Positions 23,301-38,300 of a stretch of 64,000 bases of DNA are shown here, piece by piece (within the stretch, counting starts at the first letter, position 1; the number at the start of each line of letters is the position of its first letter). A program made the translations under genes and the position numbers. Source of the stretch: Eledone cirrhosa (lineage: Eukaryota); assembly GCA_964016885.1 (NCBI GenBank), contig OZ024740.1, positions 427,738,001 to 427,802,000 of the forward strand, written 5' to 3'. Below the pieces are notes generated by a model. It did not search any database and was not told the origin of the DNA. It worked only from the letters and a program-made list of their open reading frames with translations.

Positions 23301-26300
23301 GTACCATAGTTATATAAAACTCTACCCTATCTCAGTGTTGTATAGTTATATAAAACACTACCCTATCTCACTGTACCATAGTTATATAAAACTCTACCCT
23401 ATCTCAGTGTACCATAGTTATATAAAACTCTACCCTATCTCAGTGTTGTATAGTTATATAAAACTCTACCCTATCTCACTGTACCATAGTTATGTAAAAC
23501 TCTACCCTATCTCAGTGTACCATAGTTATATAAAACTCTACCCTATCTCACTGTACCATAGTTATATAAAACTCTACCCTATCTCAGTGTACCATAGTTA
23601 TATAAAACTCTACCCTATCTCAGTGTTGTATAGTTATATAAAACTCTACCCTATCTCAGTGTACCATAGTTATATAAAACTCTACCCTATCTCACTGTTG
23701 TATAGTTATATAAAACTCTACCCTATCTCAGTGTACCATAGTTATGTAAAACTCTACCCTATCTCAGTGTACCATAGTTATATAAAACTCTAACCTATCT
23801 CACTGTTGTATAGTTATATAAAACTCTACCCTATCTCAGTGTACCATAGTTATATAAAACTCTACCCTATCTCAGTGTTGTATAGTTATATAAAACTCTA
23901 CCCTATCTCACTGTACCATAGTTATGTAAAACTCTACCCTATCTCAGTGTACCATAGTTATATAAAACTCTACACTATCTCACTGTACCATAGTTATATA
24001 AAACTCTACCCTATCTCAGTGTACCATAGTTATATAAAACTCTACCCTATCTCAGTGTTGTATAGTTATATAAAACTCTACCCTATCTCAGTGTACCATA
24101 GTTATATAAAACTCTACCCTATCTCACTGTTGTATAGTTATATAAAACTCTACCCTATCTCAGTGTACCATAGTTATATAAAACTCTACCCTATCTCAGT
24201 GTTGTATAGTTATATAAAAATTTACCCTATCTCAGTGTACCATAGTTATATAAAACTCTACCCTATCTCACTGTACTATAGTTATATAAAACTCTACCCT
24301 ATCTCACTGTACCATAGTTATATAAAACTCTACTCTATCTCACTGTACCATAGTTATATAAAACTCTACCCTATCTCACTGTACCATAGTTATATAAAAC
24401 TCTACCCTATCTCACTGTACCATAGTTATATAAAACTCTACCCTATCTCACTGTACCATAGTTATATAAAACTCTACTCTATCTCACTGTACCATAGTTA
24501 TATAAAACTCTACCCTATCTCACTGTACCATAGTTATATAAAACTCTACCCTATCTCACTGTACCATAGTTATATAAAACACTACCCTATCTCACTGTAC
24601 CATAGTTATATAAAACTCTACCCTATCTCACTGTACCATAGTTATATAAAACTCTACCCTATCTCAGTGTTGTATAGTTATATAAAACTCTACACTATCT
24701 CACTGTACCATAGTTATATAAAACTCTACCCTATCTCACTGTACCAAAGTTATATAAAACTCTACCCTATCTCACTGTACCATAGTTATATAAAACTCTA
24801 CCCTATCTCAGTGTTGTATAGTTATATAAAACTCTACCCTATCTCACTGTACCATAGTTATATAAAACTCTATCCTATCTCAGTGTACCATAGTTATATA
24901 AAACTCTACCCTATCTCACTGTACCATAGTTATATAAAACTCTACCCTATCTCAGTGCACCATAGTTATAGAAAACTCTACCCTATCTTAGTGTACCATA
25001 GTTATATAAAACTCTACCCTATCTCAGTGTACCATAGTTATATAAAACTCTACCCTATCTCAGTGTTGTATAGTTATATAAAACTCTACCCTATCTCAGT
25101 GTACCATAGTTATATAAAACTCTACCCTATCTCACTGTTGTATAGTTATATAAAACTCTACCCTATCTCAGTGTACCATAGTTATATAAAACTCTACCCT
25201 ATCTCAGTGTTGTATAGTTATATAAAACTCTACCCTATCTCAGTGTACCATAGTTATATAAAACTCTACCCTATCTCAGTGTACCATAGTTATATAAAAC
25301 TCTACCCTATCTCAGTGTACCATAGTTATATAAAACTCTACCCTATCTCAGAGTACCATAGTTATATAAAACTCTACCCTATCTCAGTGTTGTATAGTTA
25401 TATAAAACACTACCCTATCTCACTGTACCATAGTTATATAAAACTCTACCCTATCTCAGTGTACCATAGTTATATAAAACTCTACCCTATCTCAGTGTTG
25501 TATAGTTATATAAAACTCTACCCTATCTCACTGTACCATAGTTATGTAAAACTCTACCCTATCTCAGTGTACCATAGTTATATAAAACTCTACCCTATCT
25601 CACTGTACCATAGTTATATAAAACTCTACCCTATCTCAGTGTACCATAGTTATATAAAACTCTACCCTATCTCAGTGTTGTATAGTTATATAAAACTCTA
25701 CCCTATCTCAGTGTACCATAGTTATATAAAACTCTACCCTATCTCACTGTTGTATAGTTATATAAAACTCTACCCTATCTCAGTGTACCATAGTTATGTA
25801 AAACTCTACCCTATCTCAGTGTACCATAGTTATATAAAACTCTAACCTATCTCACTGTTGTATAGTTATATAAAACTCTACCCTATCTCAGTGTACCATA
25901 GTTATATAAAACTCTACCCTATCTCAGTGTTGTATAGTTATATAAAACTCTACCCTATCTCACTGTACCATAGTTATGTAAAACTCTACCCTATCTCAGT
26001 GTACCATAGTTATATAAAACTCTACCCTATCTCACTGTACCATAGTTATATAAAACTCTACCCTATCTCAGTGTACCATAGTTATATAAAACTCTACCCT
26101 ATCTCAGTGTTGTATAGTTATATAAAACTCTACCCTATCTCAGTGTACCATAGTTATATAAAACTCTACCCTATCTCACTGTACTATAGTTATATAAAAC
26201 TCTACCCTATCTCACTGTACCATAGTTATATAAAACTCTACTCTATCTCACTGTACCATAGTTATATAAAACTCTACCCTATCTCACTGTACCATAGTTA

Positions 26301-29300
26301 TATAAAACTCTACCCTATCTCACTGTACCATAGTTATATAAAACTCTACCCTATCTCACTGTACCATAGTTATATAAAACTCTACTCTATCTCACTGTAC
26401 CATAGTTATATAAAACTCTACCCTATCTCACTGTACCATAGTTATATAAAACTCTACCCTATCTCACTGTACCATAGTTATATAAAACACTACCCTATCT
26501 CACTGTACCATAGTTATATAAAACTCTACCCTATCTCACTGTACCATAGTTATATAAAACTCTACCCTATCTCAGTGTTGTATAGTTATATAAAACTCTA
26601 CACTATCTCACTGTACCATAGTTATATAAAACTCTACCCTATCTCACTGTACCATAGTTATATAAAACTCTACCCTATCTCACTGTACCATAGTTATATA
26701 AAACTCTACCCTATCTCAGTGTTGTATAGTTATATAAAACTCTACCCTATCTCACTGTACCATAGTTATATAAAACTCTATCCTATCTCAGTGTACCATA
26801 GTTATATAAAACTCTACCCTATCTCACTGTACCATAGTTATATAAAACTCTACCCTATCTCAGTGCACCATAGTTATAGAAAACTCTACCCTATCTTAGT
26901 GTACCATAGTTATATAAAACTCTACCCTATCTCAGTGTTGTATAGTTATATAAAACTCTACCCTATCTCACTGTACCATAGTTATATAAAACTCTACCCT
27001 ATCTCACTGTACCATAGTTGTATACAACTCTACCCTATCTCACTGTACCATAGTTATATAAAACTCTACCCTATCTCACTGTACCATAGTTATATAAATC
27101 TCTACCCTATCTCACTCTACAATAGTTATATAAAACTCTACACTATCTCAGTGTACCATAGTTATATAAAACTCTACCCTATCTCAGTGTACCATAGTTA
27201 TATAAAACTCTACCCTATCTCACTGTACCATAGTTGTATAAAACTCTACCCTATCTCAGTGTACCATAGTTATATAAAACTCTACCCTATCTCACTGTAC
27301 CATAGTTATATAAAACTCTACCCTATCTCAGTGTACCATAGTTATATAAAACTCTACCCTATCTCAGTGATGTATAGTTATATAAAACTGTACGCTATCA
27401 CAGTATACCATAGTTATATAAAACTCTACCCTATCTCTGTGTACCATAGTTATATAAAACTCTACCCTATCTCACTCTACCATAGTTATATAAAACTCTA
27501 CCCTATCTCAGTGTACCATAGTTATATAAAACTCTACTCTATCTCACTGTACCATAGTTATATAAAACTCTACCCTATCTCACTGTACCATAGTTATATA
27601 AAACTCTACCCTATCTCAGTGTACCATAGTTATATAAAACTCTACTCTATCTCACTGTACCATAGTTATATAAAACTCTACCCTATCTCACTGTACCATA
27701 GTTATATAAAACTCTACCCTATCTCACTGTACCATAGTTATGTAAAACTCTACCCTATCTCAGTGTACCATAGTTATATAAAACTCTACCCTATCTCACT
27801 GTACCATGGTTATATAAAAATTTACCCTATCTCAGTGTACCATAGTTATATAAAACTCTACCCTATCTCACTCTACCATAGTTATATAAAACTCTACCCT
27901 ATCTCAGTGTACCATAGTTATATAAAACTCTACCCTATCTCACTCTACCATAGATATATAAAACTCTACCCTATCTCAGTGCACCATAGTTATAGAAAAC
28001 TCTACCCTATCTCAGTGTACCATAGTTATATAAAACTCTACCCTATCTCAGTGTACCATAGTTATATAAAACTCTACCCTATCTCAGTGTTGTATAGTTA
28101 TATAAAACTCTACCCTATCTCAGTGTACCATAGTTATATAAAACTCTACCCTATCTCACTGTTGTATAGTTATATAAAACTCTACCCTATCTCAGTGTAC
28201 CATAGTTATATAAAACTCTACCCTATCTCAGTGTTGTATAGTTATATAAAACTCTACCCTATCTCAGTGTACCATAGTTATATAAAACTCTACCCTATCT
28301 CAGTGTACCATAGTTATATAAAACTCTACCCTATCTCAGTGTACCATAGTTATATAAAACTCTACCCTATCTCAGAGTACCATAGTTATATAAAACTCTA
28401 CCCTATCTCAGTGTACCATAGTTATATAAAACTCTACCCTATCTCAGTGTTGTATAGTTATATAAAACTCTACCCTATCTCAGTGTACCATAGTTATATA
28501 AAACTCTACCCTATCTCACTGTTGTATAGTTATATAAAACTCTACCCTATCTCAGTGTACCATAGTTATATAAAACTCTACCCTATCTCAGTGTTGTATA
28601 GTTATATAAAACTCTACCCTATCTCAGTGTACCATAGTTATATAAAACTCTACCCTATCTCAGTGTACCATAGTTATATAAAACTCTACCCTATCTCAGT
28701 GTACCATAGTTATATAAAACTCTACCCTATCTCAGAGTACCATAGTTATATAAAACTCTACCCTATCTCAGTGTTGTATAGTTATATAAAACACTACCCT
28801 ATCTCACTGTACCATAGTTATATAAAACTCTACCCTATCTCAGTGTACCATAGTTATATAAAACTCTACCCTATCTCAGTGTTGTATAGTTATATAAAAC
28901 TCTACCCTATCTCACTGTACCATAGTTATGTAAAACTCTACCCTATCTCAGTGTACCATAGTTATATAAAACTCTACCCTATCTCACTGTACCATAGTTA
29001 TATAAAACTCTACCCTATCTCAGTGTACCATAGTTATATAAAACTCTACCCTATCTCAGTGTTGTATAGTTATATAAAACTCTACCCTATCTCAGTGTAC
29101 CATAGTTATATAAAACTCTACCCTATCTCACTGTTGTATAGTTATATAAAACTCTACCCTATCTCAGTGTACCATAGTTATGTAAAACTCTACCCTATCT
29201 CAGTGTACCATAGTTATATAAAACTCTAACCTATCTCACTGTTGTATAGTTATATAAAACTCTACCCTATCTCAGTGTACCATAGTTATATAAAACTCTA

Positions 29301-32300
29301 CCCTATCTCAGTGTTGTATAGTTATATAAAACTCTACCCTATCTCACTGTACCATAGTTATGTAAAACTCTACCCTATCTCAGTGTACCATAGTTATATA
29401 AAACTCTACACTATCTCACTGTACCATAGTTATATAAAACTCTACCCTATCTCAGTGTACCATAGTTATATAAAACTCTACCCTATCTCAGTGTTGTATA
29501 GTTATATAAAACTCTACCCTATCTCAGTGTACCATAGTTATATAAAACTCTACCCTATCTCACTGTTGTATAGTTATATAAAACTCTACCCTATCTCAGT
29601 GTACCATAGTTATATAAAACTCTACCCTATCTCAGTGTTGTATAGTTATATAAAAATTTACCCTATCTCAGTGTACCATAGTTATATAAAACTCTACCCT
29701 ATCTCACTGTACTATAGTTATATAAAACTCTACCCTATCTCACTGTACCATAGTTATATAAAACTCTACTCTATCTCACTGTACCATAGTTATATAAAAC
29801 TCTACCCTATCTCACTGTACCATAGTTATATAAAACTCTACCCTATCTCACTGTACCATAGTTATATAAAACTCTACCCTATCTCACTGTACCATAGTTA
29901 TATAAAACTCTACTCTATCTCACTGTACCATAGTTATATAAAACTCTACCCTATCTCACTGTACCATAGTTATATAAAACTCTACCCTATCTCACTGTAC
30001 CATAGTTATATAAAACACTACCCTATCTCACTGTACCATAGTTATATAAAACTCTACCCTATCTCACTGTACCATAGTTATATAAAACTCTACCCTATCT
30101 CAGTGTTGTATAGTTATATAAAACTCTACACTATCTCACTGTACCATAGTTATATAAAACTCTACCCTATCTCACTGTACCAAAGTTATATAAAACTCTA
30201 CCCTATCTCACTGTACCATAGTTATATAAAACTCTACCCTATCTCAGTGTTGTATAGTTATATAAAACTCTACCCTATCTCACTGTACCATAGTTATATA
30301 AAACTCTATCCTATCTCAGTGTACCATAGTTATATAAAACTCTACCCTATCTCACTGTACCATAGTTATATAAAACTCTACCCTATCTCAGTGCACCATA
30401 GTTATAGAAAACTCTACCCTATCTTAGTGTACCATAGTTATATAAAACTCTACCCTATCTCAGTGTACCATAGTTATATAAAACTCTACCCTATCTCAGT
30501 GTTGTATAGTTATATAAAACTCTACCCTATCTCAGTGTACCATAGTTATATAAAACTCTACCCTATCTCACTGTTGTATAGTTATATAAAACTCTACCCT
30601 ATCTCAGTGTACCATAGTTATATAAAACTCTACCCTATCTCAGTGTTGTATAGTTATATAAAACTCTACCCTATCTCAGTGTACCATAGTTATATAAAAC
30701 TCTACCCTATCTCAGTGTACCATAGTTATATAAAACTCTACCCTATCTCAGTGTACCATAGTTATATAAAACTCTACCCTATCTCAGAGTACCATAGTTA
30801 TATAAAACTCTACCCTATCTCAGTGTTGTATAGTTATATAAAACACTACCCTATCTCACTGTACCATAGTTATATAAAACTCTACCCTATCTCAGTGTAC
30901 CATAGTTATATAAAACTCTACCCTATCTCAGTGTTGTATAGTTATATAAAACTCTACCCTATCTCACTGTACCATAGTTATGTAAAACTCTACCCTATCT
31001 CAGTGTACCATAGTTATATAAAACTCTACCCTATCTCACTGTACCATAGTTATATAAAACTCTACCCTATCTCAGTGTACCATAGTTATATAAAACTCTA
31101 CCCTATCTCAGTGTTGTATAGTTATATAAAACTCTACCCTATCTCAGTGTACCATAGTTATATAAAACTCTACCCTATCTCACTGTTGTATAGTTATATA
31201 AAACTCTACCCTATCTCAGTGTACCATAGTTATGTAAAACTCTACCCTATCTCAGTGTACCATAGTTATATAAAACTCTAACCTATCTCACTGTTGTATA
31301 GTTATATAAAACTCTACCCTATCTCAGTGTACCATAGTTATATAAAACTCTACCCTATCTCAGTGTTGTATAGTTATATAAAACTCTACCCTATCTCACT
31401 GTACCATAGTTATGTAAAACTCTACCCTATCTCAGTGTACCATAGTTATATAAAACTCTACCCTATCTCACTGTACCATAGTTATATAAAACTCTACCCT
31501 ATCTCAGTGTACCATAGTTATATAAAACTCTACCCTATCTCAGTGTTGTATAGTTATATAAAACTCTACCCTATCTCAGTGTACCATAGTTATATAAAAC
31601 TCTACCCTATCTCACTGTACTATAGTTATATAAAACTCTACCCTATCTCACTGTACCATAGTTATATAAAACTCTACTCTATCTCACTGTACCATAGTTA
31701 TATAAAACTCTACCCTATCTCACTGTACCATAGTTATATAAAACTCTACCCTATCTCACTGTACCATAGTTATATAAAACTCTACCCTATCTCACTGTAC
31801 CATAGTTATATAAAACTCTACTCTATCTCACTGTACCATAGTTATATAAAACTCTACCCTATCTCACTGTACCATAGTTATATAAAACTCTACCCTATCT
31901 CACTGTACCATAGTTATATAAAACACTACCCTATCTCACTGTACCATAGTTATATAAAACTCTACCCTATCTCACTGTACCATAGTTATATAAAACTCTA
32001 CCCTATCTCAGTGTTGTATAGTTATATAAAACTCTACACTATCTCACTGTACCATAGTTATATAAAACTCTACCCTATCTCACTGTACCATAGTTATATA
32101 AAACTCTACCCTATCTCACTGTACCATAGTTATATAAAACTCTACCCTATCTCAGTGTTGTATAGTTATATAAAACTCTACCCTATCTCACTGTACCATA
32201 GTTATATAAAACTCTATCCTATCTCAGTGTACCATAGTTATATAAAACTCTACCCTATCTCACTGTACCATAGTTATATAAAACTCTACCCTATCTCAGT

Positions 32301-35300
32301 GCACCATAGTTATAGAAAACTCTACCCTATCTTAGTGTACCATAGTTATATAAAACTCTACCCTATCTCAGTGTTGTATAGTTATATAAAACTCTACCCT
32401 ATCTCACTGTACCATAGTTATATAAAACTCTACCCTATCTCACTGTACCATAGTTGTATACAACTCTACCCTATCTCACTGTACCATAGTTATATAAAAC
32501 TCTACCCTATCTCACTGTACCATAGTTATATAAATCTCTACCCTATCTCACTCTACAATAGTTATATAAAACTCTACACTATCTCAGTGTACCATAGTTA
32601 TATAAAACTCTACCCTATCTCAGTGTACCATAGTTATATAAAACTCTACCCTATCTCACTGTACCATAGTTGTATAAAACTCTACCCTATCTCAGTGTAC
32701 CATAGTTATATAAAACTCTACCCTATCTCACTGTACCATAGTTATATAAAACTCTACCCTATCTCAGTGTACCATAGTTATATAAAACTCTACCCTATCT
32801 CAGTGATGTATAGTTATATAAAACTGTACGCTATCACAGTATACCATAGTTATATAAAACTCTACCCTATCTCTGTGTACCATAGTTATATAAAACTCTA
32901 CCCTATCTCACTCTACCATAGTTATATAAAACTCTACCCTATCTCAGTGTACCATAGTTATATAAAACTCTACTCTATCTCACTGTACCATAGTTATATA
33001 AAACTCTACCCTATCTCACTGTACCATAGTTATATAAAACTCTACCCTATCTCAGTGTACCATAGTTATATAAAACTCTACTCTATCTCACTGTACCATA
33101 GTTATATAAAACTCTACCCTATCTCACTGTACCATAGTTATATAAAACTCTACCCTATCTCACTGTACCATAGTTATGTAAAACTCTACCCTATCTCAGT
33201 GTACCATAGTTATATAAAACTCTACCCTATCTCACTGTACCATGGTTATATAAAAATTTACCCTATCTCAGTGTACCATAGTTATATAAAACTCTACCCT
33301 ATCTCACTCTACCATAGTTATATAAAACTCTACCCTATCTCAGTGTACCATAGTTATATAAAACTCTACCCTATCTCACTCTACCATAGATATATAAAAC
33401 TCTACCCTATCTCAGTGCACCATAGTTATAGAAAACTCTACCCTATCTCAGTGTACCATAGTTATATAAAACTCTACCCTATCTCAGTGTACCATAGTTA
33501 TATAAAACTCTACCCTATCTCAGTGTTGTATAGTTATATAAAACTCTACCCTATCTCAGTGTACCATAGTTATATAAAACTCTACCCTATCTCACTGTTG
33601 TATAGTTATATAAAACTCTACCCTATCTCAGTGTACCATAGTTATATAAAACTCTACCCTATCTCAGTGTTGTATAGTTATATAAAACTCTACCCTATCT
33701 CAGTGTACCATAGTTATATAAAACTCTACCCTATCTCAGTGTACCATAGTTATATAAAACTCTACCCTATCTCAGTGTACCATAGTTATATAAAACTCTA
33801 CCCTATCTCAGAGTACCATAGTTATATAAAACTCTACCCTATCTCAGTGTTGTATAGTTATATAAAACACTACCCTATCTCACTGTACCATAGTTATATA
33901 AAACTCTACCCTATCTCAGTGTACCATAGTTATATAAAACTCTACCCTATCTCAGTGTTGTATAGTTATATAAAACTCTACCCTATCTCACTGTACCATA
34001 GTTATGTAAAACTCTACCCTATCTCAGTGTACCATAGTTATATAAAACTCTACCCTATCTCACTGTACCATAGTTATATAAAACTCTACCCTATCTCAGT
34101 GTACCATAGTTATATAAAACTCTACCCTATCTCACTGTTGTATAGTTATATAAAACTCTACCCTATCTCAGTGTACCATAGTTATATAAAACTCTACCCT
34201 ATCTCAGTGTTGTATAGTTATATAAAACTCTACCCTATCTCACTGTACCATAGTTATGTAAAACTCTACCCTATCTCAGTGTACCATAGTTATATAAAAC
34301 TCTACCCTATCTCACTGTACCATAGTTATATAAAACTCTACCCTATCTCAGTGTACCATAGTTATATAAAACTCTACCCTATCTCAGTGTTGTATAGTTA
34401 TATAAAACTCTACCCTATCTCAGTGTACCATAGTTATATAAAACTCTACCCTATCTCACTGTACTATAGTTATATAAAACTCTACCCTATCTCACTGTAC
34501 CATAGTTATATAAAACTCTACTCTATCTCACTGTACCATAGTTATATAAAACTCTACCCTATCTCACTGTACCATAGTTATATAAAACTCTACCCTATCT
34601 CACTGTACCATAGTTATATAAAACTCTACCCTATCTCACTGTACCATAGTTATATAAAACTCTACTCTATCTCACTGTACCATAGTTATATAAAACTCTA
34701 CCCTATCTCACTGTACCATAGTTATATAAAACTCTACCCTATCTCACTGTACCATAGTTATATAAAACACTACCCTATCTCACTGTACCATAGTTATATA
34801 AAACTCTACCCTATCTCACTGTACCATAGTTATATAAAACTCTACCCTATCTCAGTGTTGTATAGTTATATAAAACTCTACACTATCTCACTGTACCATA
34901 GTTATATAAAACTCTACCCTATCTCACTGTACCATAGTTATATAAAACTCTACCCTATCTCACTGTACCATAGTTATATAAAACTCTACCCTATCTCAGT
35001 GTTGTATAGTTATATAAAACTCTACCCTATCTCACTGTACCATAGTTATATAAAACTCTATCCTATCTCAGTGTACCATAGTTATATAAAACTCTACCCT
35101 ATCTCACTGTACCATAGTTATATAAAACTCTACCCTATCTCAGTGCACCATAGTTATAGAAAACTCTACCCTATCTTAGTGTACCATAGTTATATAAAAC
35201 TCTACCCTATCTCAGTGTTGTATAGTTATATAAAACTCTACCCTATCTCACTGTACCATAGTTATATAAAACTCTACCCTATCTCACTGTACCATAGTTG

Positions 35301-38300
35301 TATACAACTCTACCCTATCTCACTGTACCATAGTTATATAAAACTCTACCCTATCTCACTGTACCATAGTTATATAAATCTCTACCCTATCTCACTCTAC
35401 AATAGTTATATAAAACTCTACACTATCTCAGTGTACCATAGTTATATAAAACTCTACCCTATCTCAGTGTACCATAGTTATATAAAACTCTACCCTATCT
35501 CACTGTACCATAGTTGTATAAAACTCTACCCTATCTCAGTGTACCATAGTTATATAAAACTCTACCCTATCTCACTGTACCATAGTTATATAAAACTCTA
35601 CCCTATCTCAGTGTACCATAGTTATATAAAACTCTACCCTATCTCAGTGATGTATAGTTATATAAAACTGTACGCTATCACAGTATACCATAGTTATATA
35701 AAACTCTACCCTATCTCTGTGTACCATAGTTATATAAAACTCTACCCTATCTCACTATACCATAGTTATATAAAACTCTACCCTATCTCAGTGTACCATA
35801 GTTATATAAAACTCTACTCTATCTCACTGTACCATAGTTATATAAAACTCTACCCTATCTCACTGTACCATAGTTATATAAAACTCTACCCTATCTCAGT
35901 GTACCATAGTTATATAAAACTCTACTCTATCTCACTGTACCATAGTTATATAAAACTCTACCCTATCTCACTGTACCATAGTTATATAAAACTCTACCCT
36001 ATCTCACTGTACCATAGTTATGTAAAACTCTACCCTATCTCAGTGTACCATAGTTATATAAAACTCTACCCTATCTCACTGTACCATGGTTATATAAAAA
36101 TTTACCCTATCTCAGTGTACCATAGTTATATAAAACTCTACCCTATCTCACTCTACCATAGTTATATAAAACTCTACCCTATCTCAGTGTACCATAGTTA
36201 TATAAAACTCTACCCTATCTCACTCTACCATAGATATATAAAACTCTACCCTATCTCAGTGCACCATAGTTATAGAAAACTCTACCCTATCTCAGTGTAC
36301 CATAGTTATATAAAACTCTACCCTATCTCAGTGTACCATAGTTATATAAAACTCTACCCTATCTCAGTGTTGTATAGTTATATAAAACTCTACCCTATCT
36401 CAGTGTACCATAGTTATATAAAACTCTACCCTATCTCACTGTTGTATAGTTATATAAAACTCTACCCTATCTCAGTGTACCATAGTTATATAAAACTCTA
36501 CCCTATCTCAGTGTTGTATAGTTATATAAAACTCTACCCTATCTCAGTGTACCATAGTTATATAAAACTCTACCCTATCTCAGTGTACCATAGTTATATA
36601 AAACTCTACCCTATCTCAGAGTACCATAGTTATATAAAACTCTACCCTATCTCAGTGTTGTATAGTTATATAAAACACTACCCTATCTCACTGTACCATA
36701 GTTATATAAAACTCTACCCTATCTCAGTGTACCATAGTTATATAAAACTCTACCCTATCTCAGTGTTGTATAGTTATATAAAACTCTACCCTATCTCACT
36801 GTACCATAGTTATGTAAAACTCTACCCTATCTCAGTGTACCATAGTTATATAAAACTCTACCCTATCTCACTGTACCATAGTTATATAAAACTCTACCCT
36901 ATCTCAGTGTACCATAGTTATATAAAATTCTACCCTATCTCACTGTTGTATAGTTATATAAAACTCTACCCTATCTCAGTGTACCATAGTTATATAAAAC
37001 TCTACCCTATCTCACTGTTGTATAGTTATATAAAACTCTACCCTATCTCAGTGTACCATAGTTATGTAAAACTCTACCCTATCTCAGTGTACCATAGTTA
37101 TATAAAACTCTACCCTATCTCACTGTTGTATAGTTATATAAAACTCTACCCTATCTCAGTGTACCATAGGTATATAAAACTCTACCCTATCTAAGTGTTG
37201 TATAGTTATATAAAACTCTACCCTATCTCACTGTACCATAGTTATGTAAAACTCTACCCTATCTCAGTGTACCATAGTTATATAAAACTCTACCCTATCT
37301 CACTGTACCATAGTTATATAAAACTCTACCCTATCTCAGTGTACCATAGTTATATAAAACTCTACCCTATCTCAGTGTTGTATAGTTATATAAAACTCTA
37401 CCCTATCTCAGTGTACCATAGTTATATAAAACTCTACCCTATCTCACTGTTGTATAGTTATATAAAACTCTACCCTATCTCAGTGTACCATAGTTATATA
37501 AAACTCTACCCTATCTCAGTGTTGTATAGTTATATAAAAATTTACCCTATCTCAGTGTACCATAGTTATATAAAACTCTACCCTATATCAGTGTACCATA
37601 GTTATATAAAACTCTACCCTATCTCAGAGTACCATAGTTATATAAAACTCTACCCTATCTCAGAGTACCATAGTTATATAAAACTCTACCCTATCTCAGT
37701 GTTGTATAGTTATATAAAACACTACCCTATCTCACTGTTGTATAGTTATATAAAACTCTACCCTATCTCAGTGTACCATAGTTATATAAAACTCTACCCT
37801 ATCTCAGTGTTGTATAGTTATATAAAACTTTACCCTATCTCAGTGTACCATAGTTATATAAAACTCTACCCTATCTCAGTGTACCATAGTTATATAAAAC
37901 TCTACCCTATCTCACTCTACCATAGTTATATAAAACTCTACCCTATCTCAGTGTACCATAGTTATATAAAACTCTACCCTATCTCACTCTACCATAGTTA
38001 TATAAAACTCTACCCTATCTCAGTGTACCATAGTTATATAAAACTCTACCCTATCTCAGTGTTGTATAGTTATATAAAACTCTACCCTATCTCAGTGTAC
38101 CATAGTTATATAAAACTCTACCCTATCTCACTGTTGTATAGTTATATAAAACTCTACCCTATCTCAGTGTACCATAGTTATATAAAACTCTACCCTATCT
38201 CAGTGTTGTATAGTTATATAAAACTCTACCCTATCTCAGTGTACCATAGTTATATAAAACTCTACCCTATCTCAGTGTACCATAGTTATATAAAACTCTA

